Shown in pieces: positions 26,056 through 35,242 of a DNA stretch of 64,000 nt. Source of the stretch: Akkermansia muciniphila (GTDB lineage: Bacteria > Verrucomicrobiota > Verrucomicrobiia > Limisphaerales > F1-80-MAGS106). Both the position numbers and the translations under genes were made by a program. The notes beneath the pieces were generated by a model. That model was not told the origin of the DNA, made no database searches, and was given only the letters and a program-made list of their open reading frames with translations. The first letter of the stretch is position 1; each line of letters begins with the position of its first letter. Location of the stretch: contig CAMBEJ010000002.1 of assembly GCA_945865375.1 (NCBI GenBank), positions 13,739 through 77,738 on the forward strand, given 5' to 3'.

Positions 26056-26172
26056 CAGCAGTTCTCATTTTGAAAAATGTGGAGCAGGGTCTCCGACCCG
26101 CCGGTTCGCGGAATGTCCCACTCCGTGCCGGGTCGGCGGCCTCCGCGACCGGCAGACCTGGAGGTCCGCCCC
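26056..26172. repeat. Structured palindromic repeat, copy 2 (lacks the right outer arm)
   Basis: GCAGCAGTTCTCATTTTGAAAAATGTGGAGCAGGGTCTCCGACCCGCCGGTTCGCGGA...CCGGCAGACCTGGAGGTCCGCCCC is collinear with 10283-10400 in the same orientation. Confidence 0.8.
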
Positions 26173-26382
26173 AGTGCTTCGGCCCTAAGAAGAGCTCCTG
26201 AAATCCTGAAATCGCATCTCAAACTTTTGCTTGAATGGAAGAGGGTCTTTTCGTAAGAGTGAACAAACCTCAGTTACAACCCAACTCAAATGCTTAGCCC
26301 TGACCTTGTTTTGACTCTTTCCGGGAACGTGGTTCCCCGGGGTTGGCATTGCCACCAAATTGGAAACTTAAGAAACCACCCT

Positions 26383-29300
26383 ATGAGATCAAAACAATTC
26401 CACTCGGGAGAAGAAGGCTCATCAGCCGACTCCGCAGCTTGCGGTTGGCGGAGTGCCGCCTCGCGCGTCCTGGCGACGGCCAGGAAACTCAGTCTTGCGC
26501 TCGCGGCCACGCTCCTCCTGTGCTCGGGCCCTGGGGTGTCTGCCCAGATCCGCACCGTCGTATTTCAGGATGACTTTTCATCCGCCACGATCGATCCTGC
26601 CAAATACACCCCTGACGCCCCATTCTTTGAGGGTGGCAAAGGCGATATTCATGCCGAGGCCAAGGATGGCGTGATTGAATTCCTGGGCACCACCACGACG
26701 CAATGGTGGTCCGGTGGCACCCTTCAACTCGCCCCCACTTTCGTCGCTTCGGAATCCGCCCCGATCACCCTCACAATCGATCGCGTTGCGGAAGTCGGGG
26801 TGGGAAGCGCGTCTCGCAGCGCCCTCTGGATTCTAGATGAGACCAAGACCAAATACGTGCTGTTCGCCGATGTTCGCGGAGAAGGCGGTTGGCGGTTCAA
26901 CCGCAAAATAGGCCAGAATGGCGACGTGCCCACGGGCAGCGGCACTGACATTGCCCTGTTTAACGGGGGAACTTACGACGATGGGGGAATGCACAAGATG
27001 AGCCTGATCGCCAACGGCAAGACCGTGAAACTTGTCCTCGATGGTCAGGTCGGCACCGAAGTGACGTTTCCGTTCGCGAAAATTATTTTCGAATTCGGCA
27101 GCTACGCGCGGGCGAATAACGACACCGCGTCCACCCAGTGGGACAATCTGAAGGTTGAAGTCGCCAAACCCACGGCCGTGGTTTTCTCCGATGATTTCTC
27201 GTCGGGCACGATCAATCCCGCCAAATTCCAGCCTGACGCCCCGTTTTTTGAAGGTGGCAAGGGCGACATCCACGCCGAAGCCAAAGACGGCATCGTCGAG
27301 TTTTTGGGCGCCACCACCACGCAATGGTGGTCCGGCGGCACGCTGCGAATCGTGCCCACTTTCACAGCCACGGAAGACACGCCTGTCTTGCTGACAATCG
27401 ACCGCGTGGCCGAGGCGGGCGTGGGAAGCGCGTCTCGCAGCGCTCTCTGGGTTCTCGATGAAACGCAGACAAAATACGTTCTCTTCGCGGATGTGCGCGG
27501 CGAGGGCGGTTGGCGTTTCAATCGCAAGATAGGTGAAAACGGCGATGTCCCCACGGGGAGCGGTACCGATATCGCCGCTTTCAATAGTGCGAGCTTCGAC
27601 GACGGGTCCAACCGCAAGATGAGCCTTCTCGCCAACGGCAAGACCGTCAAACTGATCCTCGGCGATCAGGTGGGCGCGGAAGTGAAGTTTCCTTTTTCAA
27701 AACTCGTTTTCCACTTCGGCAGCTACGCCCGGGCCAACAACGACACCGCCTCGACAAAGTGGGACAACGTCAAGGTTGAGACTGTCGTCCGCCAAAGCAC
27801 TGTCGTGTTCCAGGATGACTTTGCGGGGGCGACGATTGATCCCGCCAAATACGTGGCCGACGCGCCCTTTTTCGAGGGCGGCAAAGGGGATATTCATGCC
27901 GTTGCAGGCGGGGGAGTGATCGAGTTTGTGGGCACCACCACGACGCAATGGTGGTCTGGCGGCACGCTGAGCCTTGTGCCCACGTTCGAAGCCTCCGACG
28001 CCGCGACCGTGACTTTGTCCATCGACCGCGTGGCCGAAACAGGGCAGGGGTCCGCCTCGCGCAGCGCCCTTTGGATCCTCGACGAGAGCAAAACCAAATA
28101 CGTCCTTTTTGCGGATGTTCGCGGTGAGGGCGGTTGGCGTTACAATCGGAAGATCGGGGAAAACGGCGATGTGCCCACGGGCAGCGGCACGGATATCGCC
28201 GCGTTCAACGGAGCGAGCTTCGATGACGGTGGGTTGCACAAAATGACCCTGATCGCGGATGGTAAGACCGTGAAGTTGCTGCTCGATGGACAGCAGGGCA
28301 CCGAGGTCAAGTTCCCGTTTTCGCCTGTGGTGTTCCAATTCGGGAGTTACGCCCGAGCCAACAATGATACGGCGGCAACGAAATGGGACAATCTGAAGAT
28401 CGAAACGGCGGGCGGTTCGACGTTTGTGCCCGGGTCCATGAGTGTGCGCGTCGGGGGCACTAGTCCGGCGGTCACAGTGCGCATCCCTGCGGGATTGAAC
28501 GCCCAGAGCACCGTCCGGGTAACGGTTTCCAGCGGCGACACCAAGATCGCCGTGCCCGAAGGAAGCACCGATGGCACTCTCAGTCTGATGTTCCCGGCAG
28601 GCGGCGCCAACACCGTCACCTTCAGGGTCAAGGGTGTTTCAATTGGAGGAACCCAATTCACCCTCGGCGGCGACATCGCGGGCGGCAATGAGCTCTCCGT
28701 GGCCTCTATTTCAGGCCCCGGATTGCAACTCGAGGAGAACTTTGCCTCCAACACGCTCGATGGCGCGAAATGGCAGACTTCACCCCGCAGCTTTGAAGCG
28801 GGCACGGGCACATTCAGCGTGACTGCCGCAGGGGGCGCGCTCAACATCACCGGCACTGCGGATACCGATTATTGGGCCGGCGCTTCGCTCAAAACAGCCA
28901 AAACATTCGTGGCAACCAAAGATCTCAACCTGAGCTTCGAAGTCGATCGGAAATCCATCGAACAAGCCGGCACAGCGGGACGGACGGGCGTGTTCATCAC
29001 CACCGCCGACCGTTCAAAATATGTATTCTTCGCTCACAACCTCGGGGAAAATGGATGGCAAGTGAACGTCAATCCTGGAAGCCCAACGGGCGGCGGAGCA
29101 AACGTCGCGGCCTTCGATGCCATCGATGCGGATCTTGGTAATCATCGGATGAAATTGGTCGCGGACGGTTCGACGGTCGAGGTCTTTCTCGACGGCGTCT
29201 CCGGCGGGAAGTTCCAGTTCGAGGTCAGCTCGGGCATTTTCTTTGAGTTGGGTGCCTACGCTCGCGCCACGGGCGACACCGTCACCGGTCTCTTTGACAA

Positions 29301-30489
29301 TGTGCGAATCGAAAACGCCCTGCCTTGTGTGAGCGTCCTGCCTTCGGGCGTGAGCGCCACCTTGGTGGATGATGGCAGGAAGGTCACCGTGACGATACCG
29401 CAACTGCTCAATGACGCCAGCCCCGTGGACGTCACCATCAAAAGCCGCAACCCGGCCGTGGCCGTTCCTTCCGGGGCCACAGGCGGCACCCTGACACTCA
29501 ACTTCGCCGCAGGTGCCGCGAACACTCAGACTTTCACAGTCTCGCCCGTCGCGCTCGGCTCGACCACGTTCGATATCACAAGCAATCCGAACTCCTGTGT
29601 CACCGGAGCTTTGTCCGTTGAAATCGTTGCCGTCCCACAGGTGCTCCTTGCCGATGACTTTACGGCCGCCGCCATCGACACCAAGAAGTGGAAAGAGGAC
29701 AACGCGGCGTTCGAGACCGGAACGGCAACCCCGGATTCGGCTGTCGCGGTCGTCGGAGGTCAGGCAAAATTCACGGTCACGGTGGAATCATCCCTGTGGC
29801 CTGGCCTGGCTCTTCTAACCACCCAAACTTACTCAGCCAGTGCCACGACGCCGGTGACTTTCGAGATCGATCGTTCGTTGCTCGACTTCGATCTGGTGAC
29901 GGGCACGGGTTCGGAACAGCGCTCGGGTGTCTGGGTCAAGGATGCCGTCGCCAATTTTGTGCTCTTTGCGGAGCACACGGCGCACGACGGTCGGAACTTC
30001 GGATGGGGCTACAACAAAATGACCGGCCAGGCGGATGATAATCCCACAGGCAATGGTCTGAACATCCGCGCCTTCGACGCCGGTTCATTCGATAACCAAA
30101 AGACGCATCGAATCAAAATTGTGGCGAATGGTTCCACCGTCAAGATGTTCCTGGACGGCGTGTTCGGTGCCGAAATCCCGTTCGCGTTCTCGCAGGGGCT
30201 GACCTTTGGGTTCGGCGCTTACGTCGACGAAACAGGGAACGTGGTTCGGGCAACCTTTGACAACGCGCTCATCACGGGCGGTTCGGCACCTACGGCTGGA
30301 CGGTTCTCCAGCGCATCTGTGCAGAACGGCAACGTGTCGATCTCATGGACCGGTGCCGGTGTTCTTCAATCGGCCGATTCGCTCACGCCAGCAGATTGGA
30401 AGGATGTGACCCCATCGCCAGCAGGGAACAGTCTGACCGTGGCTCCCTCGGCGACGGCACCCGCCCGGTTCTACCGACTCCGTCCTTAG
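26383..30489 (+). CDS. Giant secreted protein with five ~205-aa lectin/LamG-like jelly-roll modules, two Ig-like spacers and a C-terminal FYRL module
   Basis: Signal peptide RKLSLALAATLLLCSGPGVSAQ. Modules start VVFQDDFSSATIDPAKY / VVFSDDFSSGTINPAKF / VVFQDDFAGATIDPAKY / LEENFASNTLDGAKW / LLADDFTAAAIDTKKW and each ends ..FDN(L/V).(I/V). Ends in ARFYRLRP. The fold assignment is a guess. Confidence 0.8.
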   Translation: MRSKQFHSGEEGSSADSAACGWRSAASRVLATARKLSLALAATLLLCSGPGVSAQIRTVVFQDDFSSATIDPAKYTPDAPFFEGGKGDIHAEAKDGVIEFLGTTTTQWWSGGTLQLAPTFVASESAPITLTIDRVAEVGVGSASRSALWILDETKTKYVLFADVRGEGGWRFNRKIGQNGDVPTGSGTDIALFNGGTYDDGGMHKMSLIANGKTVKLVLDGQVGTEVTFPFAKIIFEFGSYARANNDTASTQWDNLKVEVAKPTAVVFSDDFSSGTINPAKFQPDAPFFEGGKGDIHAEAKDGIVEFLGATTTQWWSGGTLRIVPTFTATEDTPVLLTIDRVAEAGVGSASRSALWVLDETQTKYVLFADVRGEGGWRFNRKIGENGDVPTGSGTDIAAFNSASFDDGSNRKMSLLANGKTVKLILGDQVGAEVKFPFSKLVFHFGSYARANNDTASTKWDNVKVETVVRQSTVVFQDDFAGATIDPAKYVADAPFFEGGKGDIHAVAGGGVIEFVGTTTTQWWSGGTLSLVPTFEASDAATVTLSIDRVAETGQGSASRSALWILDESKTKYVLFADVRGEGGWRYNRKIGENGDVPTGSGTDIAAFNGASFDDGGLHKMTLIADGKTVKLLLDGQQGTEVKFPFSPVVFQFGSYARANNDTAATKWDNLKIETAGGSTFVPGSMSVRVGGTSPAVTVRIPAGLNAQSTVRVTVSSGDTKIAVPEGSTDGTLSLMFPAGGANTVTFRVKGVSIGGTQFTLGGDIAGGNELSVASISGPGLQLEENFASNTLDGAKWQTSPRSFEAGTGTFSVTAAGGALNITGTADTDYWAGASLKTAKTFVATKDLNLSFEVDRKSIEQAGTAGRTGVFITTADRSKYVFFAHNLGENGWQVNVNPGSPTGGGANVAAFDAIDADLGNHRMKLVADGSTVEVFLDGVSGGKFQFEVSSGIFFELGAYARATGDTVTGLFDNVRIENALPCVSVLPSGVSATLVDDGRKVTVTIPQLLNDASPVDVTIKSRNPAVAVPSGATGGTLTLNFAAGAANTQTFTVSPVALGSTTFDITSNPNSCVTGALSVEIVAVPQVLLADDFTAAAIDTKKWKEDNAAFETGTATPDSAVAVVGGQAKFTVTVESSLWPGLALLTTQTYSASATTPVTFEIDRSLLDFDLVTGTGSEQRSGVWVKDAVANFVLFAEHTAHDGRNFGWGYNKMTGQADDNPTGNGLNIRAFDAGSFDNQKTHRIKIVANGSTVKMFLDGVFGAEIPFAFSQGLTFGFGAYVDETGNVVRATFDNALITGGSAPTAGRFSSASVQNGNVSISWTGAGVLQSADSLTPADWKDVTPSPAGNSLTVAPSATAPARFYRLRP
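26557..28405 (+). repeat. Three tandem coding repeats of 621-624 bp (modules 1-3)
   Basis: Unit starts at 26557, 27178 and 27802. Differences between units are concentrated at third codon positions. Confidence 0.9.
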
Positions 30490-30734
30490 TTGTGCCGCAG
30501 GGGCCTCTGGCCCACTGCATCTCGTTCGCCAAAGCGGGCGCCGATAGCGGCGTCCGCTTTGATGTTTTGGTGGACATCGTCGCTCATCCCCGCTTCCATC
30601 TTGGTGTGCTCGAACCTCAGACCTCAACCAATCAGAGGAGTTGGGATAGGGAAGGTCGCCAGTTCAATTCCCGTTCTTCTCCCTTTCACTGGCTCCTTTC
30701 TGTGAGAGAAACAGGGGGGGACGAAGCAAACCAA

Positions 30735-33700
30735 GTGTCGGATCGGAGGATTTTTCATCGTTTCTCACAACTCGATTCCTGGCGTCTTTTGCCGAGGGTT
30801 GTGTCTATTGCCTGCCTGGCCTGGTTTCTCACGCTCGCGATCGCCGCGTCTTTCGTGCGCCAAGCCTTTGCAGTGGATTGGCAACCTCATACCCACTATC
30901 GAGCCGCCGCACTCACTCCTCCCGCCTCAGGAAAAACCGGTTTCACTGAAATGGCTCCTGCGGTCACAGGTATTCTTTTCACCAACCTCCTCGCGGAGAG
31001 CCGATCCCTCACGAATCAGATCTTCCTTAATGGTTCCGGGGTGGCTGCGGGAGACGTCGATGGCGACGGCCTGTGTGATCTTTATTTCTGTGGTCTCGAT
31101 TCGCCGAACGTTCTTTACCGGAACCTCGGCGGCTGGCGATTTGAAAATGTGACCGCCACGGCGGGGGTCGCCTTCGCAAGCCAGCCATCGACCGGAGCAG
31201 CCTTCGCCGACGTGGACGGCGACGGCGACCTCGACCTGCTGCTGAATGGAGTCGGCAGCGGCACCCGCCTGCTCCTCAACAATGGCAGGGGTCAATTCCG
31301 GGACGTCACTGCCGAATCCGGTTTGCACGGCACTGCGGGGAGTGCTTCGATGGCCCTCGCGGATGTGGATGGGGACGGATTCCTCGACCTCTACATCGTC
31401 AACTACCGGAACGATACCATGCGCGACATGCCGGACATCCGCTTCCGGCTCGGCGTCACCAACGGGTTGTCCCAGCTCCTGAGCGTGAATGGACGGCCCG
31501 CCACCGACCCGGAGTTAGCAGGTCGTTTTTCTTTCGACCGCGCTTCCGGAGTGTTGGAAAACGGGCAGGCTGATACTCTCTTTCATAACGATGGACGAGG
31601 ACACTTCACCGCCTTGAGCTGGACAAACGGCACCTTCCTCGACGAGGTGGGCATGCCGATATCGACGCCTTACGACTGGGGTTTGTCCGCTATGTTTCGG
31701 GACATGAACGGCGATGGAGCCCCGGATCTGTATGTCTGCAACGACTTCCAATCGCCCGATCGGATGTGGATCAACGATGGCCATGGGAAGTTTCGTGCGG
31801 CGGCTCCCGAAGCCATTCGGCAGACGAGCCTGTTCTCCATGGGTGTGGACTTCGCCGACATCGACCGCGACGGACATGATGACTTTTTTGTGGCGGACAT
31901 GCTCAGCCGTGAACACGTCCGTCGGCAGGTGCAGGTCATGGACGCCACCGCGTTTGCCCAAGTGCGCGGCAGCCAGGATTCTCGACCTCAATTCTCCCGC
32001 AACACACTCTTCCTCAACCGCGGCGACAACACTTATGCCGAACTGGCGCAACTCAGCGGAATCGAAGCCTCCGACTGGTCCTGGTGCCCCGCGTTTTTGG
32101 ATGTGGATCTCGACGGCTTCGAGGACCTGCTCGTCACTACGGGGCACTGGCGCGATGCGCAACACGCCGATGTCGCGAGAGAACTCGATGACGAGAAACG
32201 CAGGCGCTCCCTGTCTCCGTTGGAACAGCTCCGTGCTCGTCGCCGATTCCCCCGACTTGACACCCCCAATGCCGCCTTCCGCAATCGCGGTGATTTGACC
32301 TTTGACGAGCAGGGCCCGGAGTGGGGATTCGATTCGCGACGCATTTCGCACGGCATGGCACTCGCGGACCTCGACAACGACGGGGACCTCGACGTGATCA
32401 TCAACTGCCTGAACGCCCCGCCCCTGCTTTTGCGGAATGATTCCTCGCGTCCACGCGTCTCGGTCAGGCTTCGCGGACTTGCGCCCAACACGCGTGGGGT
32501 CGGCGCAAAGATCCGGGTTGTGGCACCCGGCCTCCCCGCGCAGAGCCAGGAGATGGTCTGCGCGGGACGTTACCTTTCTAGCGACGACTTTGTCCGCACC
32601 TTCGCAGCCGGCACCGCGACGAACCTGTTGACCCTCTCCGTGACATGGCGCAACGGCCGAGAGAGCCTGCTCACAAATGTCCTCGCGAACCACGTTTACG
32701 AAATCGATGAGAGCGCCACCGCCACCGCCCGAACTCAATCCACGTCGCTGACGCCGCCTGGCCAGAAACCACACGATCTTTTGTTCAGCAGCAGAATTCC
32801 GGTGCCCCCGAAGCCGTTCTTTCAAGACCTCAGCCAGCGGCTCAACCACGAACATGTCGACGAGCCGTTTGACGATTTCGCGCTTCAACCGCTTCTGCTT
32901 CGCAAGCTCAGCGAGCTCGGTCCCGGTGTCACGTGGTTCGATTTCAATGGAGACGGATGGGATGACCTCTTCGTGGGCACCGGCCGCGGAGGGCGGCTCG
33001 CCGTATTCCGGAACGATGCTCAGGGAGGGTTTGTCCGACAGCGCGCGAAATTATTCGAAGTCCCGTCGGACACCGACCTCACGTCCGTGCTGGCATGGCG
33101 CCCAAATCCGACGAACTCCCTGCTGCTCATGGGCCTCGCGAACGATCAGTCGGCAGTCACAAATGCCCCGGCGGTGCGCCAGTTCTCCTTGGTCACCGGT
33201 GAAGTGTTGGGAAATCTTTTGCGCGCTCCCAGCAGCACCGGACCGCTCGCGCTCGCGGACTTCGACGGCGACGGCGATCTCGATTTGTTTGTCGGCGGAC
33301 GCATGGTCCCCGGTCGGTATCCCGAGGCCGCGTCTTCGGCTTTGCTGCGGAACGAACGCGGGGCGTTGCGTTTCGACGAGGAGGCCAGCCGCATGTTCGT
33401 CGGCATCGGGCTCGTGAGCGGCGCTCTTTTCACGGACCTCGACGGGGACGGATGGCCCGAATTGGTTCTTGCCTGCGACTGGGGTCCCATCCGGATCCTG
33501 CGAAATGAGCACGGCCGATTCACCGCGTGGGACCCGCCTCTGACACGGAAAGACGGGATGCCGCCAAATCCGGGCTTTGCAACACTCAACGCGCTCTCAG
33601 GTTGGTGGACCTCGATCGCGGCGGGTGATTTCGATAACGACGGGCGACTCGATCTCATCGCGGGCAACTGGGGTCGCAACAACGCCCGCCAGCGCTTTCT

Positions 33701-34586
33701 AAGCGAATCGATTCGGGCTTATTTCGGCGATCCCGATGGATCAGGTCATCTCGCCATACTCGAGGCGCACCGCGATCCCGGCCTTGGCCAGTGGATGCCA
33801 ACGAGGGATCTCTCGGCTCTAGGTGCCGTCTTCCCCACGCTGCGCGAGCGGTTCACGAACTTCACGGCGTTCAGCACAGCAACCATTCCTCAAGTGCTCG
33901 CGGCGGGACTCCCGTCAATGCGCGAGGTGTCCATCACGACCTCAGACTCGATGTTGCTGCTCAATCGCGGAGATCACTTCGCGGCACAACCGCTTCCGAT
34001 TGAAGCCCAGTTCTCGCCGGCTTTCGGCCTCGCAATCGGGGACCTTGATGGCGATGGCAATGAAGACGTATTCCTCGCGCAGAATGTGTTCAGCGTCTCA
34101 TCCGCTGAAAGTCGGCAGGACGCGGGAGTGGGACTTTGGTTGAGGGGCGATGGAAATGGCCGGTTGACGGCGGTGCCCGCGTCGGAGAGTGGGATCGCGG
34201 TCTTCGGAGAAGGCCGTGGGACAGCGGTGTGCGACTTTGACCATGACGGACGTCTAGATCTCGTTGTGGCTCAGAATCGAGGCCTTACAAAACTGTATCA
34301 CAACGAGAGGGCTCGACCGGGTTTGCGGGTTCATCTGACTGGCACGGCGGACAACCCGCAGGCTGTCGGAGCCCGGTTGCGACTGCTCTTTCGAGGAGGC
34401 GGATCTGGGCCTGTCAGTGAACTGCGAATCGGTGGCGGCTATTGGTCGCAAGACTCCCTCGACCTCGTTCTTGGAACCGCGAGGGACCCCGAAGCCTTGG
34501 AAATCCGCTGGCCTGGTGGAATCGTCGAGCGTGTTCCCTTGTCATCCAAAACAGGCCTCATCTCCCGGAGCATTCCCGTGAACTGA
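30735..34586 (+). CDS. CRTAC1/ASPIC-UnbV family protein with many FG-GAP/VCBS repeats
   Basis: Repeated GDVDGDGLCDLYF / ADVDGDGDLDLL / GDFDNDGRLDLIAGN motifs. C-terminal ASPIC/UnbV (AVGARLRLLFRGG..IGGGYWSQDS). Start uncertain: GTG 30735 lies before the signal-like VVSIACLAWFLTLAIAASFVRQAFA. The track ORF from 30345 overlaps the previous gene. Confidence 0.85.
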   Translation: MSDRRIFHRFSQLDSWRLLPRVVSIACLAWFLTLAIAASFVRQAFAVDWQPHTHYRAAALTPPASGKTGFTEMAPAVTGILFTNLLAESRSLTNQIFLNGSGVAAGDVDGDGLCDLYFCGLDSPNVLYRNLGGWRFENVTATAGVAFASQPSTGAAFADVDGDGDLDLLLNGVGSGTRLLLNNGRGQFRDVTAESGLHGTAGSASMALADVDGDGFLDLYIVNYRNDTMRDMPDIRFRLGVTNGLSQLLSVNGRPATDPELAGRFSFDRASGVLENGQADTLFHNDGRGHFTALSWTNGTFLDEVGMPISTPYDWGLSAMFRDMNGDGAPDLYVCNDFQSPDRMWINDGHGKFRAAAPEAIRQTSLFSMGVDFADIDRDGHDDFFVADMLSREHVRRQVQVMDATAFAQVRGSQDSRPQFSRNTLFLNRGDNTYAELAQLSGIEASDWSWCPAFLDVDLDGFEDLLVTTGHWRDAQHADVARELDDEKRRRSLSPLEQLRARRRFPRLDTPNAAFRNRGDLTFDEQGPEWGFDSRRISHGMALADLDNDGDLDVIINCLNAPPLLLRNDSSRPRVSVRLRGLAPNTRGVGAKIRVVAPGLPAQSQEMVCAGRYLSSDDFVRTFAAGTATNLLTLSVTWRNGRESLLTNVLANHVYEIDESATATARTQSTSLTPPGQKPHDLLFSSRIPVPPKPFFQDLSQRLNHEHVDEPFDDFALQPLLLRKLSELGPGVTWFDFNGDGWDDLFVGTGRGGRLAVFRNDAQGGFVRQRAKLFEVPSDTDLTSVLAWRPNPTNSLLLMGLANDQSAVTNAPAVRQFSLVTGEVLGNLLRAPSSTGPLALADFDGDGDLDLFVGGRMVPGRYPEAASSALLRNERGALRFDEEASRMFVGIGLVSGALFTDLDGDGWPELVLACDWGPIRILRNEHGRFTAWDPPLTRKDGMPPNPGFATLNALSGWWTSIAAGDFDNDGRLDLIAGNWGRNNARQRFLSESIRAYFGDPDGSGHLAILEAHRDPGLGQWMPTRDLSALGAVFPTLRERFTNFTAFSTATIPQVLAAGLPSMREVSITTSDSMLLLNRGDHFAAQPLPIEAQFSPAFGLAIGDLDGDGNEDVFLAQNVFSVSSAESRQDAGVGLWLRGDGNGRLTAVPASESGIAVFGEGRGTAVCDFDHDGRLDLVVAQNRGLTKLYHNERARPGLRVHLTGTADNPQAVGARLRLLFRGGGSGPVSELRIGGGYWSQDSLDLVLGTARDPEALEIRWPGGIVERVPLSSKTGLISRSIPVN

Positions 34587-34689
34587 AATGGATAGGGACT
34601 TGGTTTCTTATGGTTCACAGCACTTAATCATTGAGAATGGATTGGACCAAGAAAGCACACTGCCAACACGATGAGAAACGGCGATTTCC

Positions 34690-34723
34690 CCCCTTGGTGG
34701 GCCGTCGACGGCGCACCAAGGGG
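34690..34723. repeat. 34-bp near-perfect palindrome
   Basis: CCCCTTGGTG-G-GCCGTCGACGGC-G-CACCAAGGGG, with one mismatched pair. Lies ~100 nt downstream of the CRTAC1 stop. No U-tract. Confidence 0.9.
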
Positions 34724-34770
34724 CTCGGTTCTCCTGCGTCTGCAAAGAAGTTTGGAAAGGGCTCCCTTAG

Positions 34771-35225
34771 GTCCAAGGAGTCACCCATCTTAACATTTAA
34801 CAATTGATTTTGAAATTGGGCACATCACGGTCGTGTTCGTGTCCAGACCCCTGCGCATCGAGCGGGCGGGCGGTTGGTATCATGTCACCGCGCGCGGCAA
34901 TGAACGACGACCGATTTATCGCGGCGCTTGACGCTAGCGCGACCCAGTCTGGCGGCGGTGATTCAGGCTGTGCAGAAGGTGAAGTGTGAACCGTGGGAGA
35001 CATTTTGAAACCGCCACGGGGATCGTGGGCGGGACTTGGTGCTCTTTCTGGGACGCAGAATCTGCGGGCTAGAGTTGAAAGAACTGGCGCGGTAATCAGG
35101 CTTGGCGGCATACGCCGGAGTGGCGATGGCTGTAAAGCGATATGAAGCCCTTCGCCACCGGGACCCCGTCGAACAGGCGTGCTTCAGACAAGTGGTTGAA
35201 TTGTTGAATGTTAAGATATGACCCC
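34771..35225 (+). mobile_element. Decayed Y1 (RAYT/IS200-like) transposase unit bounded by inverted REP-like ends
   Basis: Left end GTCCAAGGAGTCACCCATCTTAACATTTAACAATTG (34771-34806). Right end GAATTGTTGAATGTTAAGATATGACCCC (35198-35225). The two are reverse-complementary over ATCTTAACATT(Y)AACAATT plus GTCA. Confidence 0.6.
34839..35221 (+). pseudogene. Y1 transposase (COG1943/RAYT-like) with DnaA_C-like HTH tail, internally deleted and carrying nonsense codons
   Basis: N-terminus (GTG) SRPLRIERAGGWYHVTARGNERRPIYR then TGA. A C-terminal part in another frame reads AVIQAVQKVKCEPWETF*NRHGDRGRDLVLFLGRRICGLELKELAR*SGLAAYAGVAMAVKRYEALRHRDPVEQACFRQVVELLNVKI*. The catalytic HUH/Tyr core is absent. 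Confidence 0.65.
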
Positions 35226-35242
35226 TAAAGAACATGAAGCTG

